In this document: piece by piece, positions 15,971 through 24,503 of the stretch
How the letters are laid out: the number at the start of each line of letters is the position of its first letter
Numbering within the stretch: position 1 is the stretch's first letter
Assembly (NCBI GenBank): GCA_033851845.1
Contig: JAWWOH010000077.1
Span: 1 to 37,616, forward strand
Length of the DNA: 37,616 nucleotides
Reading direction: 5' to 3'
From: Actinomycetota bacterium
Lineage (GTDB): Bacteria; Actinomycetota; Actinomycetes; Mycobacteriales; SCTD01
Notes under the pieces: generated by a model
What the model was told of the DNA's origin: nothing
The model's input: only the letters and a program-made list of their open reading frames with translations
Database searches by the model: none
Position numbers and translations under genes: made by a program

Positions 15971-17502
15971 GGACCCGTACGCCGATCGGCGCTGTCCTTC
16001 TCACCCTCGTCCTCACGGGATGTGGCAGCACGGTCCAGCCTGGGACGCAGACCGTCTCCGGCGGCCAGCCCGGGGGCACCTCGGGCTCGGGTTCCACCGG
16101 CGGGCTGGGGGCACCGACCTCGGGTTCGCAGGGACTCCCCGGCACGGGCGGAACTGGCGGCACTGCCACGGGGCCCGGTGCTGGCGGCACGACGACCGGT
16201 GCCGGCACGACCGGCGGCAGTACGACGGGCGGTGCGGCGAGCGGAACCGCGGGTGCCAACACGACCGGAACGTCGGGGCCGTCCTCGACGCAGCCGAAGA
16301 CCGGACCTTTGCAGCTCGGGGTGCTCGACGCGAAGTCGCCGGCAGCGGCAGCGAGCGCCACCGGGGCGAAGAGCCCGGCCGGCGTTGACCCCGCCGAGCT
16401 CACCCGCGCGTTCATCCACTACTACAACGCGCACGGCGGCCTGGCCGGCCGCAAGCTCGAGCCCATCGAGTACACGATTGACCCGACGTCGGCGTCGTAC
16501 GAGAACGACCTGTCGGCGGCTTGCGCGAAGTTCACCCAGGACAACCACGTGCGGCTCGTCGTGAGCCAGACCGGCAACATCTTCTCCGGCAACTACGAGG
16601 GTTGCCTTACCAAAGCGGGCGCCACCAACCTCGAGGTCGGCAACGGCGCTCCGGACGAGCGCTCGCTCAAGAGCTATCCGCGTCTCTATACGACCGGGTC
16701 GCCGACGGTCGACCGTCGGGTGACGGCGCAGCTGCGCGGTCTGGCGAAGACCGGCTTGCTCACCCGCACAACGAAGATCGGGGTCATCGTCGAGGCCTGC
16801 CCGGACAACACGCGCGCCTATGACAAGACCGTTGTGCCGGTTGCGCGATCGCTAGGGCTCACGCTTGAGCGCCGGGACGTGGACTGCGTCGCCGGGTTCA
16901 ACGATGCGGGAAACTTCTTCGCGCAGGTCGGATCAGCGGTATTGCCGTACAAGACCGCGGGGGTCTCGCGGGTCCTGTTCATGACGTCGTTCGAGGTGGC
17001 GGCCGTGCAGGCCTTCGAGAACCAGGCCCAGGCTCAGGCCTACACGCCGTCGTACGTCCTGAGCAGCATCGCGGCCACGCCGGTGCAAGCCAGCCAGTAC
17101 AGCGCGGATGCGCAGAAGCGCATGTTCGGTGTCGGCTGGATCCCCGTTCAGGACACCACCGGCATCCCACAGGGCCAAGCGGTCAAGCGCTGCTTCGAGA
17201 TCGCGAGCGCCGAGGGCCAGTCGATCGCTTCTCAGGGCGACTACGTCTTCCTCCTGCAGATCTGCGACCTGTTCGGCATCCTCGATGCGGCCCTGGTCAA
17301 CGCGAGCGGCAGCGATGACACAGCGGCATTCGCTGCGGGTCTCGGCGCCGCGTCGAAGTCGTTCCAGAGCACCGACATTCTCGGTGGTCGGCTGCGCCTC
17401 GGGGGCGACACCCACGACGCACCACCGGTGTTCGCGCCGTTCGGCTACGTGGGCTCGTGCTCGTGCTTCCGATACCTCGGCAAACCCGCGGCGCTGGCGT
17501 GA
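15964..17502 (+). CDS. lipoprotein: signal peptide + lipobox (LTGC), ~100-aa Gly/Thr/Ser-rich linker, type-I periplasmic-binding-protein-like domain (orphan substrate-binding protein)
   Basis: MLRTRTPIGAVLLTLVLTGC. A low-complexity GGT/SGT linker spans 16030-16330. The C-terminal ~400 aa resemble Leu/Ile/Val-binding-protein-type ABC substrate-binding proteins. The ATG overlaps the previous stop. No permease or ATPase genes are adjacent. Confidence 0.65.
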   Translation: MLRTRTPIGAVLLTLVLTGCGSTVQPGTQTVSGGQPGGTSGSGSTGGLGAPTSGSQGLPGTGGTGGTATGPGAGGTTTGAGTTGGSTTGGAASGTAGANTTGTSGPSSTQPKTGPLQLGVLDAKSPAAAASATGAKSPAGVDPAELTRAFIHYYNAHGGLAGRKLEPIEYTIDPTSASYENDLSAACAKFTQDNHVRLVVSQTGNIFSGNYEGCLTKAGATNLEVGNGAPDERSLKSYPRLYTTGSPTVDRRVTAQLRGLAKTGLLTRTTKIGVIVEACPDNTRAYDKTVVPVARSLGLTLERRDVDCVAGFNDAGNFFAQVGSAVLPYKTAGVSRVLFMTSFEVAAVQAFENQAQAQAYTPSYVLSSIAATPVQASQYSADAQKRMFGVGWIPVQDTTGIPQGQAVKRCFEIASAEGQSIASQGDYVFLLQICDLFGILDAALVNASGSDDTAAFAAGLGAASKSFQSTDILGGRLRLGGDTHDAPPVFAPFGYVGSCSCFRYLGKPAALA

Positions 17503-17513
17503 AGGAGCCCAGG

Positions 17514-19154
17514 ATGAGCACCGAACCTGCCCGCCCGCCCGTGCGACACCGGGCGGCCGACAGCGTCCTCGCGCGAGCGCTCAAGGTCCGGGGAAAGGCG
17601 CAGCCCTACACGCAGTTCACGACATCCGTTCCGATGCGCGACGGCGTCGCGCTGCTTGCGGACGTCTACCTGCCCGAGCAGCCCAAGGCGACCGTGCTGA
17701 TCCGCAGCCCATATGGCCGCGGCTTCCCGCTCGATCTGCTGCATGCGCGGGTGTTCGCTCGGCAGGGATACCACGTTGTCGTCCAAAGCGTCCGCGGACG
17801 CAGCGGGTCCGGCGGGGTGTTCCAGCCGGTGGTCAACGAGGCCGCCGACGGCCACGACACGGTTGCGTGGCTCCGCGACCAGCACTGGTACAGCCGGCGG
17901 CTGGCAACCTTCGGCGGGTCCTACCTCGGCCTGGCGCAGTGGGCGCTGCTCGGCGATCCCCCGGACGAGTACGGCGGCGCCGTCATCGTCGTCGGCCCCC
18001 ACGACTTCTCCCGTTCGGTCTGGAAGGACGGCGCGTTCACCCTCACGGACACCCTCGGGTGGACCCTGGCGATGGCCGCGCCGGAGGAGGGCGGTGCCCT
18101 TCGCCAGGCCGCCGGCATGCGCCGGCTGCACCGCCGCACGTCCGAGCTGGTCCAGGAGATCCCGGTCCGACCCGCGATCGAGACAGCACTGGCCGGTAGC
18201 GGGCACTGGCTGCGCGACTGGCTGGATCACGACAACCTCGGCGACCCGTTCTGGGACGCCTACCAGTTCGCCGATGCCTTGAAGAACAGCCAGGTCCCGA
18301 CGCTTCTCATCGGCGGCTGGCGCGACGGGTTCGTTGACCAGACGCTGGAGCAGTACGACGCGCTGCGCGGCCGCGGCGTCGACGTCTCGCTGACCGTCGG
18401 TCCCTGGACCCACATGGAGACAGCCACGAAGGCTGCCGCGCACATGACACGCGAGGCACTGGAGTGGTTGGACAACCGCTTCGCCGACGGCGCCGCCCGT
18501 TCCAGCCGGGTCCGGGCGTTCGTCACGGGCACCGACGAGTGGCGCAACCTCGAGGATCTCGGGCTGGCCACGGCAACGGTGGAGCTGCACCTGGCCGCAG
18601 ACCGCCTGGTCGAGGGGACCAGCGATGCCGGGAAGACGGCGTTCGTCTACGACCCCGCGGACCCGACACCGGCCATCGGCGGCCGAGCACTCGACCCCGC
18701 ACTGTCTGGCGCCAAGGACAACCGGGCGCTCGCCAACCGCAAGGACGTCGCGGCCTTCACCGGCGAGCCGCTGCCCCAGCGTCTCGAGCTCCGGGGGGCC
18801 CCAGAGCTGACCGTGCGGCTCACGACCGCCAACCCGCACGCAGACCTGTTCGTCCGCCTCTGCGACGTCGACGCCAAGGGCCGGTCCATCAACGTCGCGG
18901 ACGCCTTCACGCGCCTGGACCCGAGGACCCCTGCCGGCCAGGAGCAGGTCCTCACACTGACCCTCGACCCCTGCTGGCACGTCTTCCAGGCCGGGCACCG
19001 CCTGCAACTTCTCGTGACCGGCGGCGCACATCCCCGCTTCGCCCGCAACCTCGGCACCCCCGACTCCCTGGACGGTTCCGATCTCGACGTGCAGCCGCGC
19101 ACGATCCACCACGGCGGCACGACACTGCGCCTGCCGGTCGTCGATGCCGGCTGA
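17514..19154 (+). CDS. CocE/NonD-family hydrolase (S15 X-Pro dipeptidyl-peptidase-like alpha/beta hydrolase)
   Basis: Matches the CocE/NonD family by eye (VYLPEQPKATVLIRSPYGRG, FARQGYHVVVQSVRGRSGSGGVF, nucleophile GGSYLG, C-terminal beta-sandwich). I chose start ATG 17514 with an AAGGAG 6 nt upstream. The ORF opens at 17457. Confidence 0.8.
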   Translation: MSTEPARPPVRHRAADSVLARALKVRGKAQPYTQFTTSVPMRDGVALLADVYLPEQPKATVLIRSPYGRGFPLDLLHARVFARQGYHVVVQSVRGRSGSGGVFQPVVNEAADGHDTVAWLRDQHWYSRRLATFGGSYLGLAQWALLGDPPDEYGGAVIVVGPHDFSRSVWKDGAFTLTDTLGWTLAMAAPEEGGALRQAAGMRRLHRRTSELVQEIPVRPAIETALAGSGHWLRDWLDHDNLGDPFWDAYQFADALKNSQVPTLLIGGWRDGFVDQTLEQYDALRGRGVDVSLTVGPWTHMETATKAAAHMTREALEWLDNRFADGAARSSRVRAFVTGTDEWRNLEDLGLATATVELHLAADRLVEGTSDAGKTAFVYDPADPTPAIGGRALDPALSGAKDNRALANRKDVAAFTGEPLPQRLELRGAPELTVRLTTANPHADLFVRLCDVDAKGRSINVADAFTRLDPRTPAGQEQVLTLTLDPCWHVFQAGHRLQLLVTGGAHPRFARNLGTPDSLDGSDLDVQPRTIHHGGTTLRLPVVDAG

Positions 19155-20742
19155 CCCGTTGACGGACGTGGACGTGGACGTGCTCGTCATCGGCGGCGGG
19201 CCGGTCGGCTTGGCGACCGCCGCGCTCCTCGGCGGGCTCGGCATCGACACGCGGCTCGTCGAGCGCCATCCCACGACCTCGAACCACCCTCGCGGCTTCG
19301 GCATCCACCCGCGAACCATGGAGGTCTTCCGCCGATTGGGGGTCGCAGCCGCGATCCGGGCGAACGGCCTGCCTCCGGAGGTCGCCGGGGGGTTCGGCTT
19401 CGTCACCCGGCTGAACGGCGGGGAGCGGGCCCGGCTCATGCTCGGACCGATGCCGGACCACTTCGGACCTGAACAGGGCTGCTTCTGCCCGCAGTACCGC
19501 TACGAGCAGATCCTCCGGGCACGTGCGGAGGAGCACCCGGGCGTGTCCCTCGCCTTCGGTGCCGAGGCCACCGGTCTGGACGTCGTCGACGGCCGGGCGA
19601 ACGTCCAGATCACCCATGCAGCCTCCGGCGACACGACAACGGTGACGAGCCGTTACGTCGTGGCTGCCGATGGGATGCACAGTCCGATGAGGACCATGCT
19701 GGGCGTCACCGAGACGAGCACTGGAGCGTTCGGGCACTCGGTCAGCGTGTACTTCCGTGCCGACCTGAGCCGATTCCGAAAGGCTCGGCCGTTCGCGCTC
19801 ACCTGGACGATCGATCCTGGTGCGGAAGGGACGCTCGGTATCGCCGCCGCAGACGGTTCGGAGTGGACGTTCACCTTCGCCGCCGACCCGAATGACGACT
19901 TCGGCGACGCGGACCTGCAGGAGCGGATTCGCGCGGCCGTCGGTGATTCCGGCGTCGACATCGAGGTCCTCGACGTCCTTCGCTGGGACTACGAGCAGGC
20001 GGTCACCGATCAGTGGCGCATGGGGCCGGTCTTCTTCTGCGGGGACGCGGCGCACCGCTTCCCTCCGCACGGCGGCTTCGGCATGAACAGCGGCGTACAG
20101 GATGCCGAGAACCTCGCCTGGAAGCTGGCCGCTGTCCTTCGGTGGGGTGCGGCCGAGAGACTTCTGGACACCTACGAGACGGAGCGCAAGCCGGTCGCGA
20201 TCCACAACGGTCAGCGCGCCCTGATCAACACCCAGCGGTTGGCCGACGCGAACTGGGAGCCCGAGCACGCGGCGGCGTCACTCGAGGACCAGCACGAGCA
20301 CTTCCTCAGCATCGGCCAGCAGATGGGAACGATCTACCGGTCCGCGGCGATCGTCGACGACGGCACCGAGTCGGAGGCGTCGACGGTCACCAACTACGTC
20401 GAGTCCGGACGACCGGGGGCCCGTGCACCACACGTCACCCTCGAGGACGTGGATGGACGCCGCATCTCGACCATCGATGCCTGTGCGGGCGCGTTCGTTG
20501 TGCTGAGCGGCGATCCGCGTGCTGAGTCGCAGGCTTCCGACGTTCCGCTCGCCGTGCTCGACGTCGGTCCAGGGCGCTCCTACCGGTGTGTCGACCGACC
20601 CTGGCAGGACGCCTACGGCGTCAAGCCCGAAGGGGCGGTCGTGATCCGTCCCGACGGGCACGTCGCAGCCCGCTTCCAGGATGCGTCGGGCGACGCGGTC
20701 GGCGCCGCAAGACGCGCAATGGGTGCGATGCTGCAGGCCTGA
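19144..20742 (+). CDS. FAD-dependent aromatic-ring monooxygenase (PheA/TfdB-type flavoprotein hydroxylase)
   Basis: N-terminal DVLVIGGGPVGLATAALL (the GxGxxG motif), the GD motif CGDAAHRFPPHGGFGMNSGVQDAENLAWKL, and a C-terminal thioredoxin-like domain. Its start overlaps the CocE-family 3' end by 11 nt. Confidence 0.85.
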   Translation: MPADPLTDVDVDVLVIGGGPVGLATAALLGGLGIDTRLVERHPTTSNHPRGFGIHPRTMEVFRRLGVAAAIRANGLPPEVAGGFGFVTRLNGGERARLMLGPMPDHFGPEQGCFCPQYRYEQILRARAEEHPGVSLAFGAEATGLDVVDGRANVQITHAASGDTTTVTSRYVVAADGMHSPMRTMLGVTETSTGAFGHSVSVYFRADLSRFRKARPFALTWTIDPGAEGTLGIAAADGSEWTFTFAADPNDDFGDADLQERIRAAVGDSGVDIEVLDVLRWDYEQAVTDQWRMGPVFFCGDAAHRFPPHGGFGMNSGVQDAENLAWKLAAVLRWGAAERLLDTYETERKPVAIHNGQRALINTQRLADANWEPEHAAASLEDQHEHFLSIGQQMGTIYRSAAIVDDGTESEASTVTNYVESGRPGARAPHVTLEDVDGRRISTIDACAGAFVVLSGDPRAESQASDVPLAVLDVGPGRSYRCVDRPWQDAYGVKPEGAVVIRPDGHVAARFQDASGDAVGAARRAMGAMLQA

Positions 20743-20816
20743 CAATCTGCCTACGCGGTTCCTACGCCGAAGCACGAGACGGCCAGCATCGACAGCCCTG
20801 AACAAGACCTGAGCAC

Positions 20817-21584
20817 ATGACCCCAGCCTCGAGACAGCCGGACATGCTGCACGTCGAGCACGTGATGGGCACCGTCTTCACCGTCGCGATCCGCGACGCA
20901 GGCAGCTGGGCCGACGCCATCCGCGACGTCGTGACCTGGCTGCACCGCGTCGACGCGCTGTTCAGCACCTACCAGCCGGACAGCGAGATCAGCCAGATCC
21001 GCGCAGGACAGCTCAGTGTGGAGGCGGCCGATCCGCTGGTCCAAGAGGTCCTGACGCTGTGCTCGGCGTACGAGATCGAAACGGATGGGTACTTCACCGC
21101 CCAGCTGCCGACGGGTCTTGACCCAACCGGCCTGGTCAAGGGCTGGGCCATCGAGCGCGCCAGCCGGCTGCTGCACGAGCACGGCAGCCACAACCACGCG
21201 GTCAACGGCGGTGGCGACGTCCAGCTGGCCGGCGAGTCCTCCCCGGGTCAGCCCTGGCGAGTCGGCATCAACGACCCGCACGACCGAGCCCGGGTGCTGA
21301 CCGTTGTCAGCGGTCGCGACTTCGCCGTCGCGACCTCCGGCACGTACGAGCGGGGGCCGCACATCGTCAACCCGCGCACCGGCGCGGTGGCCTCCGGTCT
21401 GGCGGGTGTCAGCGTCATCGGCCCGTCGGTTGAGCGCGCGGACGTGTACGCCACTGCTGCCGTCGCCATGGGGTCCGCAGCGCACACCTGGCTCGAGGGG
21501 CTGCCAGGGCATCACGGCTTGCTGGTGTACGACGACAGGACGACTGCCCGCACCAGTGAGTTCCACCTCGTCGACGACACCTGA
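20817..21584 (+). CDS. FAD:protein FMN transferase (ApbE family)
   Basis: LVKGWAIERA, SGTYERG and ADVYATAAVAMG motifs. At 255 aa it is a shorter form. Confidence 0.7.
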   Translation: MTPASRQPDMLHVEHVMGTVFTVAIRDAGSWADAIRDVVTWLHRVDALFSTYQPDSEISQIRAGQLSVEAADPLVQEVLTLCSAYEIETDGYFTAQLPTGLDPTGLVKGWAIERASRLLHEHGSHNHAVNGGGDVQLAGESSPGQPWRVGINDPHDRARVLTVVSGRDFAVATSGTYERGPHIVNPRTGAVASGLAGVSVIGPSVERADVYATAAVAMGSAAHTWLEGLPGHHGLLVYDDRTTARTSEFHLVDDT

Positions 21585-21587
21585 CCG

Positions 21588-22073
21588 CTAGACGAGGCTT
21601 GACCGGCCGTCCGTGTCCCACCAGCTCGCCGTCGTCTTGGTGCCCTCGGGCCGCTTCGCGATCTCCTCGTAGAGGCGGCGATAGCCGGTGTGTGCGATCC
21701 GCCAGCCCGCCGCCGTACGGACGTACCGATCGTCGTAGTACGACGCACCGCGGATGGCCATTCCCTGGTGCTGCAGGATCACCACGTCGTGCAGCACCCA
21801 GCTCGCGGTGGCCGCATCGCCGTCCACCTCGATCTCCGGGTGGCTCACGATGTGGCTGGTCAGGATGCGGGTGCCACCCATCGCCTTGTGCAGGTACGCC
21901 GTCACGTCGGCTCGGCCTTGAAGGGTGATCGCACCGCCGCCGTACGAGACGGTGCAGTCCTCGACCAGCAGCTCACCCAGCTCGTCGAACCGCTTCTGGT
22001 CGAGCAGCCGGCAGTAGCGGTACTTCAGCTGCTCGCACGCGCGGAGGTCGGACAGCTGCTGCAACGAGAACAT
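21588..22073 (-). CDS. SnoaL-like / NTF2-fold protein (ring-hydroxylating-dioxygenase beta-subunit-like)
   Basis: MFSLQQLSDLRACEQLKYRYCRLLDQKRFDELGELLVEDC...WRIAHTGYRRLYEE. I chose start ATG 22073 (rc cat 22071-22073). The ORF-track N-terminal extension to 22289 is low complexity and would overlap the divergent neighbour. Confidence 0.6.
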   Translation of the reverse strand: MFSLQQLSDLRACEQLKYRYCRLLDQKRFDELGELLVEDCTVSYGGGAITLQGRADVTAYLHKAMGGTRILTSHIVSHPEIEVDGDAATASWVLHDVVILQHQGMAIRGASYYDDRYVRTAAGWRIAHTGYRRLYEEIAKRPEGTKTTASWWDTDGRSSLV

Positions 22074-22119
22074 GGGAGCCTCTGCTTTCCGCGCGATGCC
22101 GACAGGCGAGAGTAGGAGC

Positions 22120-23349
22120 ATGGCCGATGCGGCGGTGCCGGATGCGTTCGCCCCGGCGGCGCTCGGGCCGATCACGCTGCGGAACCGCATCATCAAGGCC
22201 GCAACATACGAAGGGTTGAGCCGGCGAGGGCTCATCACCCGCGAGCTCATCGAGTTCCACCGGGCCCCGGCTGCCGGCGGCGTCGGCATGACGACCGTCG
22301 CCTACTGCGCAGTGGCGAAGGACGGCCGCACCGACCGCAACCAGATCCTGTGGCGGGACGAGGCGCTGCCAGGGCTGCGCGCGCTCACCGAGGCAGTTCA
22401 CGGCGAAGGTGCGGCGATCTCTGCGCAGCTCGGGCACGCAGGACCGGTGGCAGAGGCACGGTCAAATCGATCACCGGCCCTGGCGCCGAGCAAGCGGCTG
22501 AACATCACGGCCTTCAACGTCTCGCGGTCAGCCACACCGAGCGACCTCGAACGCGTGGCGACCGCGCATGCCGACGCAGCACGCATGGCCGAGCGAGCCG
22601 GCTTCGACGCGGTCGAGGTGCACCTCGGCCACAACTACCTCGCGAGTGCCTTCCTGAGCCCGAAGCTGAACCGTCGCAAGGATGAGTACGGCGGAAGCCT
22701 GGCCAACCGGGCCCGGCTGGCTCGCGACATCGCCCGAGCCGTGCACGGTGCCGTCGGCGGCCGGCTGGCGGTGATCGCGAAGCTCAACATGGAGGACGGT
22801 GCCCGAGGCGGCTTCGGCCTGCCGGAGTCGGCCGAGGTCGCTGGGTGGCTCGAGCAGGACGGCAGTGTCGATGCGCTCGAGCTCACGGCCGGCAGCTCGC
22901 TGCTCAACCCGATGTACCTGTTCCGCGGCGACGCGCCGCTGCGTGACTTCGCGGCCGTGATGCCGCAACCGATCCGTTTCGGCGTACGGCTGTTCGGCCG
23001 GCTGATCCTGCGCAGCTACCCGTACGAAGACGCCTACCTGCGCGAGCAGGCCCGGCAGGTCCGCGCCGCCGTCCGCCTTCCGCTCGTGTTCCTCGGCGGC
23101 GTCACCACGCGGCCCGTGATCGAGCAGGCGATGGCCGACGGCTTCCAGTTCGTCGCGATGGCCCGGGCGCTGCTGCGCGAACCAGACCTCGTACGCCGGT
23201 TGCAGCAGGACGCGGCCACCCCGTCGCTGTGCACGCACTGCAACCGGTGCATGCCGACCAACTACACGGGGACGCGCTGCGCGCTGATCGACGCCGACTC
23301 GCCGCGAACGGCGGAGTGGGCTCAGGGCGGAACAGTGGTGTCGCAGTAG
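22120..23349 (+). CDS. NADH:flavin oxidoreductase, Old Yellow Enzyme family (FMN TIM barrel)
   Basis: ITLRNRIIKAATYEG, GVGMTTV, GFDAVEVHLGHNYLASAFLSP, FLGGV. I chose start ATG 22120 with GGAG upstream. A C-terminal Cys cluster CTHCNRC is present. Confidence 0.8.
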   Translation: MADAAVPDAFAPAALGPITLRNRIIKAATYEGLSRRGLITRELIEFHRAPAAGGVGMTTVAYCAVAKDGRTDRNQILWRDEALPGLRALTEAVHGEGAAISAQLGHAGPVAEARSNRSPALAPSKRLNITAFNVSRSATPSDLERVATAHADAARMAERAGFDAVEVHLGHNYLASAFLSPKLNRRKDEYGGSLANRARLARDIARAVHGAVGGRLAVIAKLNMEDGARGGFGLPESAEVAGWLEQDGSVDALELTAGSSLLNPMYLFRGDAPLRDFAAVMPQPIRFGVRLFGRLILRSYPYEDAYLREQARQVRAAVRLPLVFLGGVTTRPVIEQAMADGFQFVAMARALLREPDLVRRLQQDAATPSLCTHCNRCMPTNYTGTRCALIDADSPRTAEWAQGGTVVSQ

Positions 23350-23446
23350 TCAAGGTCTTCCGGCGCCCTTCCATGGGACCTCTGGCCCTAATGGCGAGGG
23401 TCCGCTCTTCCTACGTTCGAAGCACCATCAACGAACGGAGACCGTC

Positions 23447-24490
23447 ATGCGCGCCCTCGTCTACCACGGCCCTGGAAACAAGGTTTGGGAGGAGGTCGCA
23501 GACCCGGTCATCCAGGCTGACACCGATGCGATCGTTCGCGTCGACGCCGTGACCATCTGCGGCACCGATCTGCACATCCTCAAGGGTGACGTCCCGGCCG
23601 TCACCGACGGCAGGATCCTCGGCCACGAGGCAGTAGGCACCGTTCAGGCGGTCGGCTCCGGCGTGAAGAACGTCAAGGTCGGCGACAAGGTCCTGGTGTC
23701 CTGCATCACGGCGTGCGGCACCTGCCGCTACTGCCGCGACGGCGCGTACGGCCAGTGCCTCGGCGGCGGTGGCTGGATCCTCGGCCACAAGATCGACGGA
23801 ACACAGGCCGAGCTCGTCCGCGTGCCGTTCGCAGACACGTCGACCTACCCGGCGCCCGCGGGAGTCTCCGACGAGGACCTGCTGATGCTCGCCGACATCC
23901 TTCCGACTGGTTACGAGGTCGGTGTCCTCAACGGGCGCATCAAGCCCGGCGACACCGTTGCAGTCGTCGGTGCCGGACCCATCGGCCTGGCCGCCATCCT
24001 CGGCGCGAAGCTGTTCTCGCCCAGCCACATCATCGCGATCGACAAGGCCGAGTCCCGGTTGCAGGCCGCGAAGAGCTTCGGCGCCGACATCGTCGTGAAC
24101 AACTCGACAGAGGATCCGCTGGCGGCGATCCAGGCCGTGACCGACGGGCTGGGCGCCGACGTAGCGATCGAGGCCGTCGGCGTACCGGCGACCTTCGAGC
24201 TCGCCACGACGCTCATCCGCCCGGGTGGGACCGTCGCGAACATCGGCGTGCACGGCACACCGGTGACGCTGCACCTGGAGGACCTCTGGATCCGCAACGT
24301 CACCATCACGACCGGGCTCGTCGACACCTACTCGACGCCGACGCTGCTCTCGCTCATCCGCGGCGGCAACCTCGACGCCGGGAAGTTCATCACGCACCAC
24401 TTCGGACTCGACGACTTCCTGAAGGCGTACGACGTCTTCGCCGACGCGGCCAACACGGGCGCGTTGAAGGTCGTCCTCACGCGAAGCTGA
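23447..24490 (+). CDS. zinc-dependent alcohol dehydrogenase (MDR superfamily)
   Basis: Catalytic-zinc GHEAVG, structural-zinc CITACGTCRYCRDGAYGQC, Rossmann VAVVGAGPIGLAA. Confidence 0.9.
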   Translation: MRALVYHGPGNKVWEEVADPVIQADTDAIVRVDAVTICGTDLHILKGDVPAVTDGRILGHEAVGTVQAVGSGVKNVKVGDKVLVSCITACGTCRYCRDGAYGQCLGGGGWILGHKIDGTQAELVRVPFADTSTYPAPAGVSDEDLLMLADILPTGYEVGVLNGRIKPGDTVAVVGAGPIGLAAILGAKLFSPSHIIAIDKAESRLQAAKSFGADIVVNNSTEDPLAAIQAVTDGLGADVAIEAVGVPATFELATTLIRPGGTVANIGVHGTPVTLHLEDLWIRNVTITTGLVDTYSTPTLLSLIRGGNLDAGKFITHHFGLDDFLKAYDVFADAANTGALKVVLTRS

Positions 24491-24503
24491 TCGGGAGGCA
24501 GTG

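Noticed and set aside
16030-16330. Apparent DNA-level tandem repeat (ggcggcac/ggcacgac units)
   Set aside because: It is explained by the Gly/Thr-rich low-complexity linker of the lipoprotein rather than an independent repeat element.
15325-16548. 407-aa - strand ORF
   Set aside because: Antisense to the reductase and lipoprotein genes, and an Arg/Ala/Ser-rich GC artefact. ORFs 17445-19439 (664 aa), 18952-20268 (438 aa), 26950-28176 (408 aa), 28948-30822 (624 aa, except its last 100 codons, which are the DUF3263 gene) and 34648-36333 (561 aa) were rejected likewise.
23380-23412. Possible DosR/DevR box upstream of the ADH-nitroreductase genes
   Set aside because: The half-sites GGGACC/GGTCCG are 19 bp apart, whereas the DosR consensus has directly abutting GGGACT/AGTCCC halves. 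It does not match.
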